Notes: generated by a model from the letters alone, not told the origin. Counted from the first letter of the stretch, positions 25,120 to 32,700 are shown. The stretch is 36,065 bases of DNA from Eubacteriales bacterium (GCA_045594605.1 JAZNYU010000152.1:1-36065); one strand, 5' to 3'. Made by a program: numbers and translations.

Positions 25120-26943
25120 CTAACTCGACATAAGGTCGTGCAGTTGTGCCATATCGGATATTTTCTTTTTACAATACTCGGGCAGGTTCGCTCGCACAAG
25201 CGCCTCTGCAACGGCAGGGCAAACGGCGTTGCCGCAGCGCGCCACCTGGTCTGCTCTCGTGATGGCGTTGCCGTTTACGTCGCGGTCAATGATGTAATCG
25301 TGAGGGAAACCCATCGCATCGTAAAGCTCGCGTGGCGTGAGCATCCGCAGTCCGATGTCGGAAATGAAATACCAAGCTCCGCGAATATTGAGGAGCAGGA
25401 TCTCATCGTCAGCGAGACTATATCCGCAGTACTGATTGAGCATTTTGCGGACCTCGTTCCAGTAGCCGAGATCTGTGTGCCCGTCCCATTTTACAACTGT
25501 CGCGCGGATGTCGGCAAATTGCCCATCCCGAGCAGTAACGGTCATAAGAGGATCAAGAGGGTGTTGTCCCTTATCCTTGCCCTTGAAGTGTGTAAGGTGA
25601 GAAAGCACCATTGAATTATGGTCGATTGCCGTAACGGTTGGAGCAGGATCATGTAGATCTGCACCGTCTACGCCTGTGAAAAACTTGGAAAGAAAAGCGG
25701 TTGACAATGCCTCTCGGTCTTTTGAGGTTATCGTTTGCGCGGGTTCCTCGATATCAATGCCGTCACGTCCGTTTCCGTAGTACTCAGAAAGATATGCCGC
25801 ACTCAAGCCGTACCTGTTCGCCGCGTCAACCGTCTGTATTGGATCTTCCAAGCCTTGTCCGCGCACTTCCTTTGCGCTCTGCTCGGTATGGTATTGGATA
25901 AGAGTGGGAGCGGTGAGGAAATTTCTTCCGCCCGTTGTGATTGTCGGCACTGGCTCGTCCATTCCGTGAGGAACGTTCCCTGCATTGTTGCACATAATGT
26001 AGGGAGTGACAATCGGTTCACAAATATACTGCTTTGTGCTTGATACAACCGTTGAGAGAGGTTCCTTGATGTCGTGAACACGAGGAAGCTGTCCCTTGTT
26101 CTCACCGTATCCAACGGGAACGATGAACGGTTCTGCGCTTTTTATAACGAATTTATCAAGCCCACGTGCAATGCGGCGCAGAGTGTTCTCTTTGAGCGGT
26201 CGCATAGCGTTAACACCATATTGCTCTTTGATTTCCGCTTTGCTTGCAAAGATGGAAGGGCATGGGAGTGAGAAGTCTATCACTTCTGCAGCGGATCTCC
26301 ACGGCTTCAATCGACCACTCTTTACTTCGATGCTGTCCCTTGGCGCGTGTGTGCGCCCTGGCCAAACGATTTTCTTGCCGTCACATCGTGCAATCAGATG
26401 AAAGCGTGTGCGGATGGTCGGCGCTCCAACGTCTGCCGCGCATATCTTGCGCGTTTCAACCTCATAGCCGAGATCCTGTAACTGTTTCAACCACTTTTGA
26501 TATGTCTGTCCAGCTTTGCTCTTAACGGGCTTTCCTTTGCGTACAGGCCCCCAGGTCGTAAACTCGGGAACGTTCTCGAGCATAATCACGTCAGGTCTTA
26601 CCTCTGCCGCCCATTTGAGGACCACCCAAGCAAGACCTCGGATCTTCTTGTCTACAAGCGCGGCACCTTTTGCACGGGAGAAGTGCTTGCAATCGGGGGA
26701 GAACCACGCCAAGCGAACATGGCGACCTCTCACGGCTGTTTTCGGATCGACTTGCCAAATGTCCTCGATGTAATGCTCTGTAAAAGGGTGATTTCGTTGG
26801 TGCATCATGATCGCGGCTTCGTTGTGGTTGATAGCCACGTCAACGGGATGCCCCGTCGCCATTTCAATGCCCGTGGAAGCCCCGCCGCCCCCGGCGAAGC
26901 TGTCCACAAAGCAATCATCAAATATGCTGTATTGATTGCTCAT
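25120..26943 (-). CDS. DNA (cytosine-5) methyltransferase, orphan
   Basis: 607 aa. Motif I FAGGGGAS, motif IV-like SPDCKHFS, ENVPEF, and a long C-terminal target-recognition part. No adjacent endonuclease. Confidence 0.85.
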   Translation of the reverse strand: MSNQYSIFDDCFVDSFAGGGGASTGIEMATGHPVDVAINHNEAAIMMHQRNHPFTEHYIEDIWQVDPKTAVRGRHVRLAWFSPDCKHFSRAKGAALVDKKIRGLAWVVLKWAAEVRPDVIMLENVPEFTTWGPVRKGKPVKSKAGQTYQKWLKQLQDLGYEVETRKICAADVGAPTIRTRFHLIARCDGKKIVWPGRTHAPRDSIEVKSGRLKPWRSAAEVIDFSLPCPSIFASKAEIKEQYGVNAMRPLKENTLRRIARGLDKFVIKSAEPFIVPVGYGENKGQLPRVHDIKEPLSTVVSSTKQYICEPIVTPYIMCNNAGNVPHGMDEPVPTITTGGRNFLTAPTLIQYHTEQSAKEVRGQGLEDPIQTVDAANRYGLSAAYLSEYYGNGRDGIDIEEPAQTITSKDREALSTAFLSKFFTGVDGADLHDPAPTVTAIDHNSMVLSHLTHFKGKDKGQHPLDPLMTVTARDGQFADIRATVVKWDGHTDLGYWNEVRKMLNQYCGYSLADDEILLLNIRGAWYFISDIGLRMLTPRELYDAMGFPHDYIIDRDVNGNAITRADQVARCGNAVCPAVAEALVRANLPEYCKKKISDMAQLHDLMSS

Positions 26944-26962
26944 GATTTACTCCTTTCAGTAA

Positions 26963-27391
26963 TCAAAACGGCAAATCCTGATCGGTATCCAGCGCCTCAA
27001 AATTAGGCACTACGGGCTTTTGATTGGTGTAGGTGGGTTCTTGCTCGACCTTGCCGTCAAATGCGTTCTCGGTGGCTTGTTTGCCGTCTACGAAGTATGC
27101 CTCATCTACCACAATCTCGGTTGCGTATCTCTTCTCGCCGTTCTTCTCCCACATTCTCTTTTGCAGAGAGCCGACAACGCAGATGGCATTGCCTTTGTCA
27201 AAATGCTTGGTGACAAATTCTGCGGTCTGTCTCCATGCAACGCAATCGAGGAAGTCAGCACCTGCATCCTTGCCTCGTCTGTTCACCGCAATGGTAAAGG
27301 TGGTAACGGATACACCGCTCGGTGTCTGCTTCAATTCAGGCGTGGCGGTAAGTCTGCCACCAAGAATTACTTTGTTAAAATTCAAAGACAT
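26963..27391 (-). CDS. ssb: Single-stranded DNA-binding protein
   Basis: I chose the ATG at 27391 because GAGGAGG lies upstream. OB-fold N-terminus (NKVILGGRLTATPELK...). Acidic tail ending DQDLPF. Confidence 0.9.
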   Translation of the reverse strand: MSLNFNKVILGGRLTATPELKQTPSGVSVTTFTIAVNRRGKDAGADFLDCVAWRQTAEFVTKHFDKGNAICVVGSLQKRMWEKNGEKRYATEIVVDEAYFVDGKQATENAFDGKVEQEPTYTNQKPVVPNFEALDTDQDLPF

Positions 27392-27392
27392 A

Positions 27393-27605
27393 TTATTCCT
27401 CCTCAATAAGTGTGTAAGTAGCATAACGGCAAGGTCTTCCGAATTTGTTTGTACCGTTGGTAATCGTGCAGATGATGTGATGGTGTTTTCTCAACTTGAA
27501 TATAACGTCAGCCAAACGGGTGATGCTATAGAGCTTGTCTGCTTCTTTCGGTGTGATGCTCCCTTTAGACTTAAGGTGAGCCAATACCAATACTGTTTGT
27601 GGCAT
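27393..27605 (-). CDS. Winged-helix DNA-binding protein, putative
   Basis: 70 aa. GSITPKEADKLYSITRLADVIFKLRK pattern. Confidence 0.4.
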   Translation of the reverse strand: MPQTVLVLAHLKSKGSITPKEADKLYSITRLADVIFKLRKHHHIICTITNGTNKFGRPCRYATYTLIEEE

Positions 27606-27608
27606 TAT

Positions 27609-27914
27609 TTATTCCTCCCTGATATAATTCTTTCTAAATTCTGCCCGAAAGTCGGCAATGGTCATACCGTAATATTCCATTGCCTTCTTTTGAGCGTATT
27701 CTTTCAGCTGCCTATCAACCTCGGCGTTAACGTGGACGGATAATTCACCGAAGATGTGGCACTTGTTGTGGTGGATATATACGAATAAGCCGTATCGTTC
27801 TGACTTGCTCCGTAAAGCTCCACCGAATACGTGGTGTTTGTCGAGTGGATCGCCGTTTGGGTTTTGCTTGCATATAAAGCATTTATTGGTGTTCTTTTGT
27901 AGGATGCTTTTCAT
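27609..27914 (-). CDS. Cys/His-rich (HNH- or NinG-like?) protein
   Basis: 101 aa. CFIC...HHVFGG..R..SE..GL...H..CH. GGGGGAG RBS. The family is not securely recognised. Confidence 0.35.
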   Translation of the reverse strand: MKSILQKNTNKCFICKQNPNGDPLDKHHVFGGALRSKSERYGLFVYIHHNKCHIFGELSVHVNAEVDRQLKEYAQKKAMEYYGMTIADFRAEFRKNYIREE

Positions 27915-28452
27915 TGCTCCCCCATAGTGAAATCAAATTTGCAAGTTCTTCAGGTGTCCGTGTCTCGATGCCGACCGCTTGGCAATCTTGCACAATGTTG
28001 TCAATCAGCCGAGACATCTGCTCCTTGTCATATGTGGAAGAACCGTAGTAGAGAATAACGTTCGTACACCCCTCTATTTTGCTTGGGAAGGTGTCCGTCT
28101 GCCATCCTAACCCGTTTTTCCTCCAACCATCGCAGAGCCGTTCTACCGCGCTCTCTCGCACGCATACGGTCTCACTAACGCCACCAATTTCTTTGATGGC
28201 GTTTCGGTATATCTCCGTCTTTGGAATATTGAGTTTTTGGGATAGCTTGTCTACCAAGGAGAAGAAGTAAGCATTGGCATCGAGTGACCGCTTCTCCCGG
28301 TACGGCTTGACCTCAATAGATAACTTTTCCTTGTCCTTGAGGTCATCAACCATGCGCTCAAAGTCGCCTCTCTCGTTTATCTCCAATGTGATGGTCGGCT
28401 TGTTGTTGGCAAAGTTGATTGCCGCACCGATGATCTTGCCTGTGATTACCAT
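27883..28452 (-). CDS. NinB/Orf-like recombination mediator, putative
   Basis: I chose the ATG at 28452, which overlaps the upstream stop (ATGGTAA). KRSLDANAYFF resembles the lambda NinB RSLDQN motif. Confidence 0.4.
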   Translation of the reverse strand: MVITGKIIGAAINFANNKPTITLEINERGDFERMVDDLKDKEKLSIEVKPYREKRSLDANAYFFSLVDKLSQKLNIPKTEIYRNAIKEIGGVSETVCVRESAVERLCDGWRKNGLGWQTDTFPSKIEGCTNVILYYGSSTYDKEQMSRLIDNIVQDCQAVGIETRTPEELANLISLWGSNEKHPTKEHQ

Positions 28453-28994
28453 TGCTTGCCCTTCTCGCCAACGAAAGCGCGACAACCTTTGGTAACGTTC
28501 TTGATTGCAAGTGCGGTGATTTGCTTGTCGGTAATGATGATTTTTTCTACCTCGAATTTGTCTTTGCACTCGGGGGCTTCTTTCCCGTTTGGCATCTTTT
28601 TCATTTTGATATTGCACTTGTCGGCAGGAACCCAAATGAATGGGGCAGTATAGAGGCACCTTCCAATGCCCCAAGCAAACCCTGCGCGCTTTCTTGCATC
28701 GGATGCGTTTCCTTTCTCTGCATCAGAGTTGCTTTCAACGCCAGCATCGTCTTTCCACACCCATCTATCAGAGGATGCAGGAATGCCATGGTTTGTATTG
28801 ATACCAAGAGAGCAGAACAAGATTCCTTTATGCTCGTAAAACTTGTTTTGCCAATTTGCAGATCCTACGGTCTCATCAAGGATGTTCATATCCACACGAG
28901 CATCCTTATACAAGAGGAGAACAAGACCGTTCTCCTTAACGCTCTGTACGCGGCACTCGATTTCGTCCGCGCGCAAATCACGAAATTTACACAT
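28446..28994 (-). CDS. Rad52/Sak-type single-strand annealing protein
   Basis: I chose the ATG at 28994 because AAAGGAG lies upstream. FRDLRADEIECRVQSVKENGLVLLLYKDARVDMNILDETVG..NWQ is the classic Rad52/22 N-terminal pattern. Confidence 0.6.
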   Translation of the reverse strand: MCKFRDLRADEIECRVQSVKENGLVLLLYKDARVDMNILDETVGSANWQNKFYEHKGILFCSLGINTNHGIPASSDRWVWKDDAGVESNSDAEKGNASDARKRAGFAWGIGRCLYTAPFIWVPADKCNIKMKKMPNGKEAPECKDKFEVEKIIITDKQITALAIKNVTKGCRAFVGEKGKQW

Positions 28995-28998
28995 ATCT

Positions 28999-29226
28999 TT
29001 ACTCCTTTTCTTCTTCAACCTCAATCAAGGGGCAATCAACACCAACCTTGGTATCGGGATAATTTACAATGCTTTTGTTAAGTCCGCACTCGCGGCTCGT
29101 GTATCGGTAAAAAGGGCAATGCTTGCAAGCGATGTCTGCGTTTCCTTTCCAATCTATCGGAAAGTTTACGGTAACTACCGCATACGCCTTTACGAATCCC
29201 TTGCAACCACTATCAAAACAAGCCAT
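28999..29226 (-). CDS. Cys-rich small protein
   Basis: 75 aa with 7 Cys. Tightly packed in the operon. Confidence 0.5.
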   Translation of the reverse strand: MACFDSGCKGFVKAYAVVTVNFPIDWKGNADIACKHCPFYRYTSRECGLNKSIVNYPDTKVGVDCPLIEVEEEKE

Positions 29227-29446
29227 CCCAAAGCCCTCCGTCCATCTCTCTGTCCATCATAAATTGGTCGAGGTGCTGATGTCTATCGTTGATGCAGTCC
29301 TCGCAGGCGTATTTGTTTTCGTCAATCTCATAGATGGAATCGGTTTGGATGTGGTGCCCGCAGTAGCAGCATCGAGGGTATCTGCTCAATGCGCGATGCT
29401 GCCGGTCATCTCTTCTATCCGCATCTCTCAAAGGATCTCCGCTCAT
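29213..29446 (-). CDS. Zn-ribbon protein
   Basis: 77 aa. CCYCG...CEDC. Confidence 0.5.
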   Translation of the reverse strand: MSGDPLRDADRRDDRQHRALSRYPRCCYCGHHIQTDSIYEIDENKYACEDCINDRHQHLDQFMMDREMDGGLWDGLF

Positions 29447-29679
29447 TGTTGTTCCTCCTTTTTGTGTGCAAAGTATTTTAGGGAACTTTTAAGGGCATCT
29501 ACGGCATCAAGCACTGCCTCAATATCCATCTGCGTGGATTTCAACAACTGCACCAAGTCCTCAAAGTTATCAATCAGCATCAGCTGCGCGGAAACGTCTG
29601 CCAAGGTGGTAGCAAGTCCTTCTTTATTCCATTGGAGTGCCTTGCGCTCTTTATAAAGGGTCTTTTCTTCGTAGCTCAT
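29443..29679 (-). CDS. Hypothetical helical protein
   Basis: 78 aa. GGAGG RBS at 29687-29691. Confidence 0.55.
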   Translation of the reverse strand: MSYEEKTLYKERKALQWNKEGLATTLADVSAQLMLIDNFEDLVQLLKSTQMDIEAVLDAVDALKSSLKYFAHKKEEQQ

Positions 29680-29809
29680 AACTTATACCTCCGTATTGCC
29701 GAAGCGGTCTCTGCCTTGACCGCTGAAATCTACAACGCCCTCTCTCACCATCTCATCGGTGAGCTCACTTTTACCGCCTACCAAAAGGCAGAGCCAATTT
29801 AATATGTTC

Positions 29810-30493
29810 TTAAAAATCTTCATATCCTTCTTCCTTTTCAATCGTTTTGATTCCTTCCTTTATGATTGCGGTGAGCATCTTGCTACGCCTAACGTTATGG
29901 TCATACGCCATTGATTCTATCTTGTCGAGCGTGTTGCTCTCTACATAGACTGTAATAGCAGGGTTCTTTCTCCTATCAGAACGGGAATAACTACGCACGA
30001 TTCTATCAATGTCGGTCTTTCCTTTTTCTGCCCATCTAAATGCGTATCCCTTGCAGGTCTTTACTCGACCGTTGCAAGCATCTCTTACGGATTCTCGCCT
30101 AACCCCTAAATAGTCGGCTGCTTCTTGCGCGCATTCAAATAGCATAAGCTCTCGCTTATCGTATGCGGACATCATGACCACTTTTTCAGTTAGACCTTCT
30201 TGCTTGATCTTTTCGTCATAGCGCAGGCAACAAGTGTATGAACAACAATCGTCCCACGCATATTCGGGACGGGTAGGAATAAAGACCTTTCCGCACCATG
30301 CGCATCTGTATTCTTTTATAAATGTATCGTCTTTTTGTATTTTTTTGTGGTAAAGTGTTGACAAGTGGCTTTTTTCTTGGTATAATACTTCTTGGGGGGT
30401 CTCATATTCCTTTCCCCCCTCAATGCGCGCACTGGCGCATCGTTCTGCACTCTCCGTTTGCCCTACGGAGAGTGTATTTTTTGTTTCTTCCAT
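29810..30493 (-). CDS. Early DNA-binding regulator: Zn-ribbon, NUMOD/IENR-like HTH and C-terminal ribbon-helix-helix
   Basis: I chose the ATG at 30493, 1 nt after the upstream TGA. CAWCGK...CCSYTC; AADYLGVRRESVRDACNGRVKTCKGYAFRW; C-terminal ITVYVESNTLDKIESMAYDHNVRRSKMLTAIIKEG. Confidence 0.6.
   Translation of the reverse strand: MEETKNTLSVGQTESAERCASARIEGGKEYETPQEVLYQEKSHLSTLYHKKIQKDDTFIKEYRCAWCGKVFIPTRPEYAWDDCCSYTCCLRYDEKIKQEGLTEKVVMMSAYDKRELMLFECAQEAADYLGVRRESVRDACNGRVKTCKGYAFRWAEKGKTDIDRIVRSYSRSDRRKNPAITVYVESNTLDKIESMAYDHNVRRSKMLTAIIKEGIKTIEKEEGYEDF
30358..30386 (+). promoter_or_regulatory. Consensus sigma-70 promoter antisense to the early regulator gene
   Basis: TTGACA, 17 nt, TATAAT. 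Both hexamers are perfect. Confidence 0.75.
30393..30482 (+). ncRNA. Candidate cis-antisense small RNA of about 90 nt
   Basis: It starts about 7 nt after the -10. Three hairpins: G6/C6, ATGCGC/GCGCAT, and CACTCTCCGT/ACGGAGAGTG followed by TATTTTTTGTTT as terminator. No plausible ORF. Confidence 0.65.
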
Positions 30494-30494
30494 C

Positions 30495-30734
30495 TCAAAA
30501 TCCTTTCTTTGTGTTTTGTAGGCTGATCTCCTTCTTGCCAAGCAGCACTGCGCTTGGCATCAGCTTGCGAATAGGGTAGAGCTTCAATATACCGCCCTTC
30601 TCATACCCCTTGTACTCGTTCACCGGCACTCCGTTGTCATTCTCCCAAACGGTGTAGTCTCCGCGAGAATCGATGCGGACCACAGTATAGGTCAGGGCGT
30701 GCATACCACGTTCCCAATATTGGCTTCGAGCCAT
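30495..30734 (-). CDS. Hypothetical early protein
   Basis: 79 aa as tracked. The real start may be the internal ATG at 30704 (MHALTYT...). It overlaps the Xis-like gene's end. Confidence 0.45.
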   Translation of the reverse strand: MARSQYWERGMHALTYTVVRIDSRGDYTVWENDNGVPVNEYKGYEKGGILKLYPIRKLMPSAVLLGKKEISLQNTKKGF

Positions 30735-30889
30735 TCAACAAACTTCGACCGAACAACAACGATCCTGTTCTCCGATACCTGAACGGCAGGGAATCCATGT
30801 TGCTTTGCTATTTTGTAAGCTGTTGGTTTTGATACGCCGAGCTCCTTCGCAACCTCTGCGATAGACATCGTAAGTCTTTCGTTTGCCAT
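30692..30889 (-). CDS. Excisionase-family (MerR/HTH_17-like) DNA-binding protein
   Basis: I chose the ATG at 30889 because GGAGAG lies upstream. LTMSIAEVAKELGVSKPTAYKIAKQHGFPAV is the typical Xis/AlpA-type HTH. Confidence 0.55.
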   Translation of the reverse strand: MANERLTMSIAEVAKELGVSKPTAYKIAKQHGFPAVQVSENRIVVVRSKFVEWLEANIGNVVCTP

Positions 30890-30890
30890 A

Positions 30891-31559
30891 TTACTCTCCT
30901 TTTTTAAAAAATCTCTTGAATACCTCCGAGCGGTATTGACCTTCCGTAATGTCAATGATCTCGCGGACGGTATAATTTTTCTTGATTTCTTTTACGCCGT
31001 TTACAAAGTGCTCTGTACCTGCCTTGCAAGCACCCGTGATGATTCTATACATTGTCATTGCTTCTTCTGGGGTTACAACGGTATCCAAAGTAACGTTTTT
31101 ATACTGATCTGCGCCTCTGTCTTTTGCCTTTTTGAACTCGATATCCGCAACGCCGTCTCTAAAGTTTTTGCAATGAGCGTAATGCTCTCCATCGTAGATT
31201 ACATTCATATCTTTGATTTTGCCAACGAAGAATGTGTAATCTCCGATTTTTTTCTTCCTTTTGATATGGACTAACATATCATCGCAGTAGATGTATTTTC
31301 CTTCTACGAAATCTCCGTTTTTAAGTCGTTTGTATTCGTTTGGGTTTGATACGTGCGTGCCGCTCAAATCAAGCCTACCGCCTACGGTAAGCCCCTCGGG
31401 AAGCGATGTAATCTGCGTGCCGCTCAAATAAAGACTACCGCCTACGGTAAGTCCCTCGGGCAGCGATGTAATCTGCGTGCCTCTCAAATAAAGCCAACCG
31501 CCATTTCTTTCCATTATTTTTTTAAGCTCTTCAAGAGTAGGATTTTTCGATACTTTCAT
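30891..31559 (-). CDS. LRR-like repeat protein, function unknown
   Basis: I chose the ATG at 31559. 20-aa repeats (L.L.GTQITSLPEGLTVGG) x2.5, then a C-domain of about 150 aa. Confidence 0.6.
   Translation of the reverse strand: MKVSKNPTLEELKKIMERNGGWLYLRGTQITSLPEGLTVGGSLYLSGTQITSLPEGLTVGGRLDLSGTHVSNPNEYKRLKNGDFVEGKYIYCDDMLVHIKRKKKIGDYTFFVGKIKDMNVIYDGEHYAHCKNFRDGVADIEFKKAKDRGADQYKNVTLDTVVTPEEAMTMYRIITGACKAGTEHFVNGVKEIKKNYTVREIIDITEGQYRSEVFKRFFKKGE
31355..31500 (-). repeat. 60-bp in-frame tandem repeat (about 2.5 copies)
   Basis: gcgtgccgctcaaat.aag.ctaccgcctacggtaag.ccctcggg.agcgatgtaatct recurs at 31355, 31415 and 31475 (partial), with 4-5 substitutions per copy. Confidence 0.85.
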
Positions 31560-31638
31560 GATATTTCCTTTCAAAATTAAATTTTCTCGATCCACCGAAT
31601 AGCGGCGGATTTCCAATCGGGTAGGCAGTCCCACCCAC

Positions 31639-32292
31639 TTAATTGTCTGCCGCCATTGCACGGCGTGTGCGTTCAAGTGCCGCTTGGAAGAACTCGTCCG
31701 TTTCAAATGAGCTGTACGTCTCCTGCGGCGGCGTTTCCTGCGCTCGCGAGCGTTCCCAATTACGGACGGCGGCTTTCCAATCCTTCATAGGTGATTTGCC
31801 AACCACCCAACCCTTGGATTCATAGAAATTCACAAAGGTGTCGGGGTCAACCGTGTTGCCTCTCTCTTGGCAATACTCTCGCACTTCTTCAACCGTTGGC
31901 TTGATAAATGTCTTGCGCGTTCTCGCGCCTTTAGTAATATCGTTAGATATTACATTACTTTCTTCTACTTTACTTTTCTCTACTTTACTGCCTACCGTAG
32001 TATCTTGGGTAGTACCTACCGTAGTACCTACCGTAGTATCTTGGGTAGTACCTTTCGATTTGCTTCCACCCGATTGACCATCCAATCTTCGTTTGATTGT
32101 GGGTTCAATCATTTTGGCAAAGATGCCGACCATTGGATTTGAAAATTCCGGGAGCGGTTCACCATCCTTTTGCCTTTTGATTAAAGCCAATATCAAAGAT
32201 TGGAAATCCTCTGCCGACAAACTTTCAAGAGCAGGCAACCAATCATAGGAAATCAAAAAGCCACAACTCAAACTTGTACTTTTGTTTGCCAT
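31639..32292 (-). CDS. Replication-organiser-like early protein, putative
   Basis: 217 aa and the first gene after cro. The C-domain EVREYCQERGNTVDPDTFVNFYESKGWVVGKSPMKDWKAAVRNW is a motif I associate with phage replication and DnaD-like accessory proteins. The central linker is repetitive. Confidence 0.4.
   Translation of the reverse strand: MANKSTSLSCGFLISYDWLPALESLSAEDFQSLILALIKRQKDGEPLPEFSNPMVGIFAKMIEPTIKRRLDGQSGGSKSKGTTQDTTVGTTVGTTQDTTVGSKVEKSKVEESNVISNDITKGARTRKTFIKPTVEEVREYCQERGNTVDPDTFVNFYESKGWVVGKSPMKDWKAAVRNWERSRAQETPPQETYSSFETDEFFQAALERTRRAMAADN
31965..32053. repeat. Cluster of short direct repeats (iteron-like) inside the linker of gene 31639-32292
   Basis: CTACTTTACT x2 (31965, 31980). 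CCTACCGTAGTA x3 (31991, 32015, 32027), interleaved with TCTTGGGTAGTA x2 (32003, 32039). Confidence 0.8.
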
Positions 32293-32324
32293 TTGTCCTC
32301 CTTTCCCACAGTTTTTCTTGAATT

Positions 32325-32341
32325 GTGTCTAAATAAGACAC
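32325..32341. promoter_or_regulatory. Operator O3: GTGTCTAAATAAGACAC
   Basis: 17-bp palindrome (GTGTC-N7-GACAC) just downstream of cro. It has the same half-sites as O1 and O2. Confidence 0.65.
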
Positions 32342-32344
32342 TTT

Positions 32345-32548
32345 TTAGGCAAAAAAAATAGATTCGACTTGATCAGGGCTAAGGTTGTAATGGTCCTTGA
32401 TTTTCGCAATCTCGCCTTGCTTAAACTCGGAACCTTTTTCGTTGATTTTGCAAGAAAGACTTTGCTCGGAAATGTTCAATACTTTTGCAAGAGTTTTGTT
32501 CGTATCACCGTGAAGCACCATAATGCTTTTAAGCAATTCCTTGTTCAT
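32345..32548 (-). CDS. Cro-like HTH regulator
   Basis: I chose the ATG at 32548 because GGAGGAG lies upstream. 67 aa. NKTLAKVLNISEQSLSCKINEKG HTH. It is divergent from the CI-like gene. Confidence 0.7.
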   Translation of the reverse strand: MNKELLKSIMVLHGDTNKTLAKVLNISEQSLSCKINEKGSEFKQGEIAKIKDHYNLSPDQVESIFFA

Positions 32549-32569
32549 TTTGCTCCTCCTTTCGTGAAA

Positions 32570-32586
32570 GTGTCTTATTAGGACAC
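32570..32586. promoter_or_regulatory. Operator O1: GTGTCTTATTAGGACAC
   Basis: 17-bp palindrome starting 5 nt downstream of the leftward -10. Confidence 0.7.
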
Positions 32587-32590
32587 CCAT

Positions 32591-32619
32591 AGTATAACAC
32601 GCAAAAAAGCCGTTGTCAA
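32591..32619 (-). promoter_or_regulatory. Leftward early promoter (cro operon)
   Basis: Minus strand: TTGACA (32619-32614), 17 nt, TATACT (32596-32591). Confidence 0.7.
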
Positions 32620-32659
32620 TAGTTTTTTTGAATTTTTTTCAACTTTTTTTGAAAATCCC

Positions 32660-32688
32660 TTGACTTTTCTGCACTTGTGGTGTATAAT
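32660..32688 (+). promoter_or_regulatory. Rightward promoter of the CI-like repressor
   Basis: TTGACT (32660-32665), 17 nt, TATAAT (32683-32688). Confidence 0.7.
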
Positions 32689-32696
32689 TAGGACAC
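32680..32696. promoter_or_regulatory. Operator O2: GTGTATAATTAGGACAC (overlaps the rightward -10)
   Basis: Near-palindrome with the same GTGT.../...GACAC half-sites. Confidence 0.6.
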
Positions 32697-32700
32697 CACA

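Noticed and set aside
26963-29024. Recombination module (SSB, NinB-like protein, Rad52-like annealase, with a resolvase further on) as a novel system.
   Set aside because: This is a standard recombination cassette of temperate Firmicutes phages. I annotated it as features only.
29680-29809. Possible 32-aa TTG-initiated ORF (..VGGKSELTDEMVREGVVDFSGQGRDRFGNTEV) in the gap.
   Set aside because: It has no RBS and a non-ATG start, and I cannot assess its conservation. I left it as non-coding.
30322-30579. 85-aa plus-strand ORF overlapping the candidate sRNA.
   Set aside because: It starts upstream of the promoter's transcription start, has no RBS, and has a hydrophobic nonsense-like translation. 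The promoter, hairpins and terminator are better explained as a non-coding RNA.
31355-32053. CRISPR-like appearance of the 60-bp and 12-bp repeats.
   Set aside because: The repeats are contiguous with no spacers, they are in frame within CDSs, and no cas genes are present.
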